Source of the DNA: Ginkgo biloba
Lineage: Eukaryota > Plantae > Ginkgophyta
DNA length: 15,468 nucleotides
Reading direction: 5' to 3'
NCBI GenBank assembly: GCA_024626585.2
Contig: JANKJI020000004.1
Coordinates: 28,489,199-28,504,666 of the forward strand
Of the stretch, positions 1 to 9,995 are shown in pieces (the stretch's first letter is position 1; every line of letters begins with the position of its first letter). Below the pieces are notes generated by a model, which made no database searches, had not been told where the DNA came from, and was given only the letters and a program-made list of their open reading frames with translations. The translations under genes and the position numbers were made by a program.

Positions 1-176
1 TCACTGGAAAGTATTAACTGTAATGGGCCATTTGACATTTCATCAGAGAATGTTTCTTCCCAGAATATGCATTTTTTTTAGGCCAATTATGATTTCTTCC
101 ATTGGCTCTACTTCTGAAAGGCATCTGAACGGTTAGTCATGTACTGTGCAAATCTGATTTGTCGGACATCAGTTGA

Positions 177-2051
177 GGTGATTTATCGAAGAATTCTTCT
201 ACTGGGCCTGATGTTGCTGTCAATGACATGGGAAAGACCAATTTTATTTCCAAAGATTGTGGAAGCACAACTGATCTAGTTGTGAGTTCATGTGATAATT
301 ATTTTGATGGTGGACTGTCAAGTTCTGTCATTGATTCTGCCTATCTAGTGCATGTGCAAGGCCATGGAAAAACCAACAAAGAACTGGAAGGTATAGATTC
401 TGGAAATTCTGTGAAGCTTGATTCACGTGATTATTTACAAACATCCACTAGAAATTCTATGGAAAAGTCACTGGCACATTTAACATCCAGAGATGAACCG
501 TTGCAGCTGCAAGGGTCAAGAACTCATGACTATTGCATCCAGGAGATGGCCAATTTCATGCCACCTACATCATATGAGTGGCCTAGCTCACTGCATTTTC
601 GTTTTCCTCCTGCCAATGCTCAACTTCTTCCAGCTGCTACAGATAGGTTGCACTTGGATGTGGACTGGAACTGGCGGCATCATCTTCAACCATCCCTTGT
701 AACATTGAGGCCGCCTTGGGCAAGACAGCCGTCAGGGCAAGGAGGCTACCATAAGAGGAACACAGTTTGTCAAAACACTGCAAAGAGCTTGGATTGGCCA
801 CCGGTGGTTCAGACTGGCTTCAATTTGACCCCATCGATCGGGTATTCTCACAGAGGGGGAGTTGCTGCATTTGTACAGTCTTCTTTTCAGTCAGGATGTA
901 CACATTCTGGTATGGAATTAAATGTTTACAAAAGAATAAAGGAGGATGCCAAGTATGAAGCAACAGATGAAACAGATTGTGACGATCTAAAATATTCATC
1001 AGGAGATGTTGATGACTTTGAAAGCTATTTCATATCTGAAGATGAAGCTGAGAAACATCCTCCTGAAAATGCATGTAATGGTGCTGACTACAATCAGGTT
1101 TTTGGTGGAGGAGTAATGTACTGGAACACTGCTGATTATGCAGGCACCGGTTGCTCAAGGCCTCCATCATTGAGTTCTGAGGACAGCTCATGGGCCCGAC
1201 ATGAAGCAGATTTGAATGTAGTCATTGATGACATAATTTCTCTCCCGCAGCTGTCAGGTCCATATGGTAGCAGTGGGGTAGCTTCGCCGCCAACATCATT
1301 TCTCTCACCTTTTGATCAGTTTGGTTCTGGGGCTCCAACCACCCCTGTTGGTTTTATGAAGCCTGGTAATGACTTCAACGGGAAGTTCTTTTCTCCTTCC
1401 ATTGCAGGATCAGCAGCTGCATCAGAAGAGCAAGACAATAGATCGACTGTCAAATGTTCTGGCAGTATCATTGATGGGATAAAAGGGGAAGTACTTCCTC
1501 ACCCAATTCTAAGGCCCATAGTCATCCCAAACATGTCCAGACAAGGATCAAGGACAGATTTTACACATCAGCAGGAATCTAGAAGCCCATGTATACAATG
1601 CAACAGAAGAGAGCCAACCAGAGTGAAACGTCCACCATCACCGGTAGTGCTTTGCGTTCCACCAGCTCCACCACCCCCACCTCCTTCTCCTGTTGGGGGT
1701 TTCAGAAAACAGAGGCGATTTCCAACCGTCAGGTCTGGCAGTTCTAGTCCACGGCATTGGGGAATTAGTAGTTGGCCCAGTGAGGAGGAAATGGATTGTG
1801 ATGACAGTCACGTTTCTTCAGGGCTTACATGGAGAAGCAAGTGTCTGAGAGGCACACCTCCAATGCACCTACTCTCTGGTGCCTTACTTCCTCATCGCTT
1901 GATTGCTATTCAATCAACCTCGGAGCAAGAACATCCAGACATTGCACTGTCGCAGCAGTCTGTTGCATTACAAAACAATCCCGCTCTTCAGGCATCTCTT
2001 GGTAGGCTGCACAATCTGCTCCATGAAGAGATTGAATCTTTCTGCAAGCAG
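177..2051 (+). CDS. MEE44: Large internal exon of a MEE44/AT4G00060-like non-canonical nucleotidyltransferase (TRF4/PAP-like family) gene; partial, 5' boundary uncertain
   Basis: The frame is open from 177 (after TGA 174-176). It encodes, in order, motifs I recall from plant MEE44-like proteins: ATDRLHLDV, SLDWPP, DYNQVFGGGVMYWN, SRPPSLSSEDSSWA.HEAD, ILRPIVIP, KRPPSPVVLCVP..P.PPPPSPV, FPTVRSGSSSPRHWG, EHPDIA, LHEEIESFCKQ. Similarity stops at the donor CAG|GTACTA. The catalytic NTase domain would be in downstream exons outside the window. The symbol denotes homology only. Confidence 0.82.
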
Positions 2052-2057
2052 GTACTA
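2049..2057 (+). other. 5' splice donor CAG|GTACTA (phase 0); intron starts at 2052
   Basis: Codon 2049-2051 (CAG, Gln of FCKQ) is followed by GT. The sequence turns abruptly T-rich, and the read-through peptide VLKFFNHF... does not resemble the continuation I recall in homologs (VAAEN...). Confidence 0.85.
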
Positions 2058-2624
2058 AAATTTTTCAATCATTTTGTAGGGATGATGAGTTTTTTGCATT
2101 ATGTTTTTCAGATACTTTTGGGACATTATACTTAAACGACACCTATCATAGCAAGCTATTGCTTGTGCTGACAAATGTTTTTTGGATGACTAACAGCCAA
2201 GTAGGTGGAAACTCCAAGCTCTATGGCATGTTCACTCTGGAGACTCCTTGAGAATGTTTCCGACTGTTCGTGTCATTTCTGTTTCTAAACATGTGTCTTG
2301 ATAGATTAGTATTTTTATTGTCTATTTCAACAAACTGTCCTACGTAAAAAGGACTACGTACTAGTAGCCCTGATAGGAAATGATATGGATATGCCCCTCT
2401 TAATGATTTCTAAATTATCTTTTGGCCGCCTTCCTGTAACTGCTCTTGGATCATGTAGTGGGTAGGCTTCTTGATTTGCAATGGCATAGTCATGAATATA
2501 CCTATTTCTCTCTCTTTATCTCTTTTGGATTCTACATCTACACAGAGAGTTATGAGTCACTTGACTAATACTTTGAATTTCTTTTTCAAAAAATAAACAC
2601 AATAATTTTTTTTTTTTAATTAAA

Positions 2625-3500
2625 ACACCAGTACATATTCTACGGGTGTTTGGGCATAGTTGGAGAGAGTCTAGACACTTATGCCATCCAGGACTTTCTG
2701 ATGCAAACAGGCATCAGCCTGGGTTGTCAGCGAAGTAGAGTTTGGAGCTCACCACTCTGCCTCGATGTTGTATACTGGATCTGCACATACTTATACAGGG
2801 TATAGAGGGTTGAGCCATGGCGGACACCCACATGGGGAGATGGTGACACCCATATCTAGCCCTATGTTCATCAAAGATGCTAGCAGAAAAGGAGACAACT
2901 AGGCAGAGACATGGCTGGTACAATGAGGTTTTTGCACTGTGGTGGACTATTGGGATACCGACTGATAGACCGCCACCTTTTAGATTCTCACTAGATGCAC
3001 CTAATCTTTGACTCACAAGGAAGGAGGTTAATGAACAAATTCAAGGGGATATTTACAGGGCCTACATTCATTCCACATGGATCTCTCCACCCATGGCTCT
3101 TAGCCCTAAACTAGCCTTTTACTGTGAGAGCTTTCTCTGTATCTCTGAGGGCACGATTAGGTTACCTTTGTCTACATATGTGACATGGTATGTGGTTCTT
3201 TATCGGGCAATTCAGATCATGTTCCCATCAGCTTCAGATAGAGACATAACATTATGTTCTCAGAGAACAACACATCTGCAAACATTGCTCACTTGACATA
3301 GAGACAAAGGAACATTTCATTTTTTTGTGCCTTCTCTTTTTTGAGATTAGAGGAAGGTACCTACCGCCTTTTCAAAGATACAGAAGGGTCCCTTGCCACA
3401 TTCATTTCATATAGGAACCAATGACGTGTTGCTCTCTTCCTCCATGGATGCTGCCTCTTAGGGAGCAAGGCACGACATCTAGGTAGAGTTCATCACATCA
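2625..3500 (+). mobile_element. 5'-truncated, degenerate LINE ORF2 C-terminal region (RTE-X-like CCHC tail)
   Basis: Manual translation across stops and frameshifts gives WA*LERV*TLM, EFGAH, GWYNEV..., DRPPPFRFSLDAP, LSPKLAFY, then IGQFRSCSHQLQIET (from 3202) and REQHICKHCSLDIETKEHFIFLC..FEIRGRY. The C-x2-C-x8-H-x4-C motif lies at 3277-3330. Confidence 0.75.
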
Positions 3501-4406
3501 CCTCTTTCTTTCAATCGGTGACCTTAGTAATAGGGCAAAAGAGCCCAAGACATACATATGGCCTCCAATGAGACATCTGACATTGTTTAGACAGCCAGAT
3601 AGTCCTCATTAGTACCATACATAGCCTAGTAGGAGACATCTTGGATGCACTAGGAAAGGTCCTCATAGGACCAAGAGAGGCATATTCATCACTAGCTTCT
3701 TTGGACCGAATAGAGGGGCTTTGACCTTGGATGTTAGGAGAGAGACAGGCACAGGTGAACAGGCATCAAACTCTCCGATAGCCTTTGATGATTAGTCTGT
3801 AGAGGAGGTCATTAGATAGATTTTGGGTAATTTTGTGATTGTGGACATCTCATTGATCTTTAACCATAGGATTCATAGGTTTCTAGCGATCTGGATTGGT
3901 TCCCTAAGGGTCTTTTATACCCTAGGCAGGAGCTTAGAAGGGCCTTCCCCTAGAAGGGCCCTTGCACTCATAATGGATATACACTTTAACTTGTATTTTT
4001 TGCACTTTATGTAAACAAATTGAAGAGAGCTATCTTCAGGTTACAGATTTAGCATTGGAGATGATAGAAAGCACTCCCTTGATTTGAAACATTTGTGCAC
4101 ATTATAGTCCCATTGGTTGCTTTTTGGTCATTAGTGGATATTAATATAATTTTGTTTCATTTTATTTCATTTCTAGATAAAAACTCAGAAATAGTAGGTG
4201 AAGAAGTAAATTACAATGTAAAATGGACCTAGACTTTATTCAATACTATTTTCTCCCTCCAAAAGAAAGTTTCTTTTTTTGTTATAGGTGTTAGTGCTTA
4301 AACTAANNNNNNNNNNNNNNNNNNNNNNNNNNNNNNNNNNNNNNNNNNNNNNNNNNNNNNNNNNNNNNNNNNNNNNNNNNNNNNNNNNNNNNNNNNNNNN
4401 NNNNNN

Positions 4407-5081
4407 GTAATTAAGAGATATGAAATCAAGTTCAAGGATGGAATAATTGAGGATAAACACACCCCACCAATCAACAAGGTAGAAGATAATGTAATTTTAG
4501 AGGGAATTAAACAATTTATAAAGAATTCCAAGTTAAGAGTAGGTCAACTAGATCACAATATTCCCAATGATAATTATTTTACTAGAAACTCTTCATGTGC
4601 TTCCTGTACTACCACAAAGGAAAAGATTATTTCTTCATATTATCCCTCCAAAGAAACATGACCAACAAATATTCAACAAATCACATCCCAAAATTTACAC
4701 ACTAATGAAAGGAGATAGCCACATTCATTTGTAGATGGAAATAAAATAATTATAGGTGGAAAAAGAAATGGGAAACCGAAAGTTTTATGGCATCAAATAA
4801 ACTCAAGGGAAATCAATAAAACTAATAGAGGTTCTCAAACCCATAAATGTTTTGAGATGATTCGGACAATAAGGCACAGGCATATAGTCAAGCTCACATC
4901 TGACCCCAAGAAAGAGAGCGCTAAGCCCACATGGAAGGAGCGCATCACAATTTTGATAGATAATAACTTTAGAACAATAAAAGCATAAGCGGAGGTAGAA
5001 AGGAAGGGAAAAACGCTTGTAGTACCCACAACAAACACGTATAACTCAGCGCCAAAATATTTGCTCGATGATGAATCATAA
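4407..5081 (+). pseudogene. Degenerate 225-codon reading frame of unknown, probably TE, origin
   Basis: A single frame runs from the gap edge (VIKRYEIKFKDG...) to ...LLDDES*, with only three internal stops (TGA, TAG, TAA) in AT-rich DNA. No family motif recognised. Confidence 0.4.
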
Positions 5082-5133
5082 TTTGGGAAGATATTTGGAA
5101 GAAAAGGCCAGCAACGCCACTATTACAGATTAA

Positions 5134-5245
5134 TTCTCTTCTCAATCAGACGACAGACCCTCCGTTTGGAGCCACTAGCCAAAAATGTCACGGACAGGTC
5201 ATTCTTCTTCTCGATCGAACGATAGACCTTCCGTTTGGAGCCTCT
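5134..5245. repeat. Imperfect direct repeat of ~40 bp, two copies ~69 bp apart
   Basis: ttctcttctcaatcagacgacagaccctccgtttggagcc (5134-5173) versus ttcttcttctcgatcgaacgatagaccttccgtttggagcc (5202-5242). Confidence 0.7.
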
Positions 5246-5979
5246 GTTGCATTACGTGTGCAACCATGCTTTGAGAAAAGGCAAGCATGCGTCCTTCACG
5301 CCAAAGAAAAAGACTCCATGCGTACACTTTCACTTGAGCGTCACAACACACGGCCTTAGCAATAAACCCTCCTGTGATTTGCCAAGTCGTTCAAAAAACA
5401 CGATTGTTCGAAAACGCGGCGTGGGCGATTCAACTTTGGAATAGCGTTGCGGCGACGATTCAATTAGGAAAAAATAACGAAAACAAACTACCAAAAAAAA
5501 ATTGAATTATTAAAAATAAAAAAAAATTAAAATGGGAATATTCAAAGGAATATTCCATAGTAATAAGAATAATAATACTAGTGATGGTTCAAAGCCAAAA
5601 GGCAGAGATTGGAAGCCAAATTTTGATGGGTTGCAGATATTTGAGTTTAATCTGCAATTTCTTGAAGTTCTCATCATCAATTGTCTTATTTGTGTTGGGG
5701 AATACTATTCACATCAAATTTCTGAAGTGTAATCTCCTTCAACATATCTGTAAATACCTTAATCATTTCATAAATTTTAACGGCAACTTGTTAGTCTAGA
5801 TAGTTACTGTTGACATGTCAAGAATAAGGGGCATAAAACTATTAAAGACAGTCGTTACTGTGGTTCTTTTAACATTTAAGATGTTGTTTTGGCAACATTC
5901 TTCTTTGCCAATTTGAATTGTAATTTGACAATAGTTGTTATAGTGTGGTCAATTTTGGTCAAAGTACAGTCCAAGGCGG

Positions 5980-6530
5980 AAAGAAGAAGCTTGAATGCAT
6001 TAATTAAGTCTAAGGAATCCAAACAACCCTTATTAGGGAAGAGGGGCGCTAAGAAGGAGCTTAACTTTGAAACAAGTATGCTAATACTGAAGTTGGCAAC
6101 TAATTATGAGAGTGGGACCCTTGAAAGGCCTAAAAACAACTTAAAAAGGTAAAACAACCTACCTTAAACCCTAGTGCCAACCTTCTAAGGGACATTTGAC
6201 CTTCTGCAAAGGTTTTCCAAGCACCAATTAGCCTACTTGTCAGGCGACTTTAGGTATGGCCAAGTACCACCTAAAAGTATAAAAGGAAGGCTAAGGGTGA
6301 CGTCATAAATCATCATTCCTTTATCACTCGGCGTTGGCTTCTCTTCTTTCATGTCTAGCTTCTTGTCTGCTATTCCTACAAGTCGCATTTTTCTGTTATT
6401 CTGCTTCCTTGAGCTTGGCGAACTGTTGCATCTACTATTAAGCGACTTTTTTGCAAAAGTTCTTGAAGAACCCCCAACTCTAGCTGTCGCTGAAGGCGCT
6501 ACATTTTGGAGACTTTATTGCATGATTGGA
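5980..6530 (+). mobile_element. Possible LTR (U3/R-like) fragment
   Basis: TATAAAAGG at 6278 is followed ~30 bp later by TCATCATTC and a CT-rich leader. No termini identified; truncated by a gap. Confidence 0.3.
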
Positions 6531-6630
6531 NNNNNNNNNNNNNNNNNNNNNNNNNNNNNNNNNNNNNNNNNNNNNNNNNNNNNNNNNNNNNNNNNNNNNN
6601 NNNNNNNNNNNNNNNNNNNNNNNNNNNNNN

Positions 6631-8009
6631 TATGTTGTGAACTCTTCATACTAGTCATTTGGCTATATCCTGCAATGTTGATAGGAATGCTTTCAATCAA
6701 TGACTCTAATCATCCTGGCCATTGGCCATCCAAATTGTTTCACATACATTAAAGTTTAAGGTAGGGTCTTCCTTCCCATTCTCAACGAAGGTTGGCAACC
6801 TTTGCCTCTCCATTGGAGCTATTAGTGAATTACCACTCATCTTTGACCTTTCTTGTCCACATAATAGACTCGGCATATTGATGCATTGTTTGGCCTTTTC
6901 GGCCCTCTAGAAAAAGCTTTTCTTAGTTGGGACATTTAGTTCACTTGTCACTGACCGTTCTTTGCTTTCCCTATTGGCGACAAACATTTGCCTTCTTGAC
7001 ATGTTCAATCTTTGAAATCTTGTGTCCTTTTGGGTTGCAACCACAAACTCTCCCTCCGAGTCCTCTGATAGACTTTGTTGAATCGGGTTGTTGGTATTCC
7101 TCCTTCAGTCTGTGCTCTGACTTTGTGGTTCTCCTCAGAAGGATTGGGTGTGCTCTCCCTCAACCCCTCTCAATCTTCGAGACTCAATTATGTAAGAAGG
7201 TTTGCTACATCAATTGCTTCATGGGCTTCGCGCTTCTACTTCAAAGCATCTCGGATGTTGTCTTCCTCTAGGACGACATCACAGATAACATAGTTGTCTT
7301 TTCCTTTTTGTTGATTTTTTTCTTCCCTCTGTTCAACAATATGTGTCGACTATTGGACAGGAAGTGCTACTGCTTTGTATACTCTCTATCGAGTTCTCAC
7401 TAACAACTTGCTTCCAAGATCGATGCCAAGATGTCCAAGCAAAGCAACACCACATCGTTAGAGCAGACAAATATTATATAGTGTCCATTCAAAAAACTCT
7501 AATCTCTTTTGAAATGTCCTCCTGCCAAATTCAAATTCACTACAACAAGTCATGCAATGTATCAACCTATTGCAATTACTATTGACCACTAACCATGCAA
7601 TTTAGATTGCTTTGGTGTCTACTCCTCACTTTGTCAAGATTCCATTTGCACTAATATCCTTCACCTTTTAAATTCTTACATTCGCTCAATCAATGATGTT
7701 AGAATTATGGCTAAAAATTGTTCCATTTCTTTGGTGAAGAAATTTGGCTTCAAATTCTAATATAGTTTGTCAATTATTCTTTGCTTTGGCCAAAATGTAA
7801 TCTTCGACGAGTTGGTTCCATTGTGGGGAATATCGGCTTCGTCTATGCATCGTTCTTTGTTCCACTTATGTAAGGGGATGAGGATGTCCACTATATGTTG
7901 CTTGCCCTAGCTCTAGAATTCATATTTTCCACGAATCTAGATCATGGTCGCTGTCGCCACCTGTAATTGGGAAAACCCCCGTTCAATCTAGATCGACAAT
8001 GATGCCAAA
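6631..8009 (-). mobile_element. Athila-like Ty3/gypsy internal region: PBS, leader, degenerate gag-like frames and an aspartic protease relic
   Basis: Lies directly after the 8010-8517 LTR and PBS on the minus strand. Stop-ridden coding relics include EFEAKFLHQEMEQFLA and LEEDNIRDALK. At ~6640-6790 it reads EDPTLNFNV..TIWMANGQ..LIESIPINIAGY, resembling the C-terminal half of a retropepsin. Confidence 0.6.
7994..8007 (-). promoter_or_regulatory. Primer-binding site, tRNA-Asp-like (degenerate)
   Basis: The minus strand reads TGGCATCATTGTCG 2 nt after the LTR end. This is 10/14 to TGGCGCCGTTGCCG (complement of the plant tRNA-Asp 3' end, the Athila-type PBS), and all mismatches are transitions. 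Confidence 0.65.
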
Positions 8010-8517
8010 TTTTAAGTATGAATTCTCACGTTTTGAATCTAGTCTGACATTGAGACTGCAGGCTATTCCATGCACAATATAGATCAACCAAGTAACAAGA
8101 CATTGAGAGTTTGAAACAACAAGGGATTCTTGTTAATACATGTGAAGAACATACAAGGGGATCAACAAAAGATGAAAACGATGTATGCAATGATGATCAT
8201 GCCATTAAAAATGATGGGAGGCCCTTTATAGCTGAAGGGAAACCCTGTACAAGGTGGTGGGTGATCAATGGTGATGGTTGGCATACCGAACCCCCATGAC
8301 TACCTCCAATAATAAATACAAGCTATGTGAATAATCCCATCCATAATCCATTAGATAGTTGTCGAGCTGTGCCCAGAAGTTTGGACATCACCCAAGCGTC
8401 GTTTGGTAGTCGTGCATTGACATCCGACTATTCCCACTAATGTCCTATATTGTCTAAGGTTGCTCCCAACTTATACAAAATGTCCGGGCTAACCACAACA
8501 CAAATCAACCGCTAACA
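8010..8517 (-). repeat. LTR copy 1 (508 bp), Athila-like
   Basis: The minus strand starts TGTTAG at 8517 and has CTATAAAGG at 8223-8231. It aligns by eye along its length to 13047-13492 (e.g. shared taaggttgctcc.aacttatacaaaatgt). The other terminus is mutated (TTTTAAG versus TGTTGAG). Confidence 0.8.
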
Positions 8518-8531
8518 TCCACCCTCTCCCT
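8518..8531 (-). promoter_or_regulatory. Polypurine tract
   Basis: The minus strand reads AGGGAGAGGGTGGA (13/14 purines) immediately before the TGTTAG LTR start. Confidence 0.7.
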
Positions 8532-9475
8532 AAAACTTAAGCATCCCAATCAAGTCAGAGACTAAGTAGAAGGAGAAGCAAAATATGAATGAGTAGAAAG
8601 AGTTGCTACTAGAACTATGGTGGGCTCACTAGCAATCATTTCGGTCTCCATCAGTCCAAGTTGGGATGGCCCAACAATTTCACCTCCACAGAGCTTTGCT
8701 AGCTCCTTCTCCAACCTCGCAACCTTCTTAACCATGATATTAGTTACCTATGCCCTCTTTGTCTTCTCCCTCCATTCTTTGGCCATCTTGTACTCCAATC
8801 CCAATATCTATTCCTGGAAGTCCTTTTCTACTGTGGCCTTTACTAGGCAACATGTTCCTTCAACTCTTGTTGGTACGTCTCCTGCCATGCTCACCTCTCT
8901 ACTGCTAATTGTTCCACATACTCCCTTTGCCAATGTAACTTTGCCTCCTCCAATTCCCTTTTGTGTCCCACTTGTCAGGATTCTAGTTCTACTTTTGTTT
9001 GATCTAATTGGAGTATATATGATGCAATCTTCTTTTGTTCTTCTTCTAACTCCCCTCGGAGAACTTTCAACTCTTCTTTTAGCTTCTTAATCCGTTGGAC
9101 TTCCACAATTTGCTCCATGTATTGTATGTTTTCCTTTAATGAAATCCATTAGATTTTTCCCACAAAAGGTCTTGTGTACTGGCCTGCCTCTTTTGGTGTT
9201 GCGAACTCCATATAACCTCCCAAATTAATTATCCTATCGTAGGATGCCCATTCCTCTAGATATTCCTCCATTTTGTCTAACATGTGCTCCCTTTGCTCCA
9301 TTTGCCATTTGTTAAATGCCACTCTAATTTCCTGAGTGAGCAACAAAGCTCTAAACTCCTAGGAGGGAATTTGATGCAATCTATTTATAGCCTGTAAAGC
9401 TTGCTAGGGTGTCACCATAATTTGGTTGATCAGACCGTCACTATACTAGAGAGGTTGCTCATCAGCTGGTTGCTA

Positions 9476-9536
9476 TTCCATGGTCAGTTGTCTAATGACT
9501 GTTCATCTGTCGATGATTGTTCAACTTTCGGTGACT
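9476..9536. repeat. 61-bp displaced duplicate of 9868-9928
   Basis: ttccatggtcagttgtctaatgactgttcatctgtcgatgattgttcaactttcggtgact matches 9868-9928 with 3 mismatches. Confidence 0.85.
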
Positions 9537-9689
9537 AAGGTCTACCTTTAGGCACTAAGGTTCTCTCCATTCTCCAAGCTTCGCCCCCAAACTCCCCCCT
9601 TCTTGAATGCTTCACATTGTTTAAATAGGAGAGGGAGAGGTGACTCATGGTCTTCATGACCTTTGGCTCTTCACCTTTTGTGACCTTTC

Positions 9690-9995
9690 ACCTTCTGGGG
9701 ACTCTTTAACTTTTGGTGACCCTTCACCTTCCTGTTCAACTTTCGGTGATGGTCCAACTTTTGATGGCCCTTCAACTTTCGGTTACTGTTCATCTTCGAG
9801 TGATCGTTAAACTTCTTGCGACTGTTAAACTTGCTGCTACTGTTGAACTTCTAATGGTCATTCAACTTTCCATGGTCATTTGTCTAATGACTGTTCATCT
9901 ATCGATGATTGTTCGACTTTCGGTGACTGCTCATCTTCTAGTGATTGTTCAACTTCCGACAACCGTTTAGCTTCCAATGGCCATTCAACTTTCCA
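9690..9995. repeat. Degenerate 18-bp minisatellite (consensus ~TTCAACTTTCGGTGACTG)
   Basis: Recurrent ttcaact/ttcatct units at 18-bp spacing. They explain the periodic plus-strand ORFs 9713..9970 and 9880..10086. Confidence 0.8.

Noticed and set aside
228-2135. The 635-aa ORF as a complete single-exon gene
   Set aside because: The last 27 residues are intron read-through past the 2051/2052 donor, and homologs extend on both sides.
3500-4230. Possible additional coding relic (ORF 3823..4014 and upstream)
   Set aside because: It contains many stops and no recognisable motif; probably TE-derived but not assignable.
4270-4306. Strong-looking acceptor TTTCTTTTTTTGTTATAG|GTG as the next exon
   Set aside because: It would encode VLVLKL rather than the expected VAAEN-like continuation, and it runs into a gap.
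8617-9090. 157-aa hydrophobic plus-strand ORF as a membrane or env protein
   Set aside because: It is the antisense shadow of the E/K-rich coiled-coil frame; GAA/AAG-rich codons read as L/F/S on the opposite strand.
9690-9995. CRISPR-like array or repeat-protein genes (ORFs 9713..9970, 9880..10086)
   Set aside because: The units are contiguous degenerate 18-mers with no unique spacers, the context is eukaryotic, and the plus-strand ORFs are by-products of the repeat.
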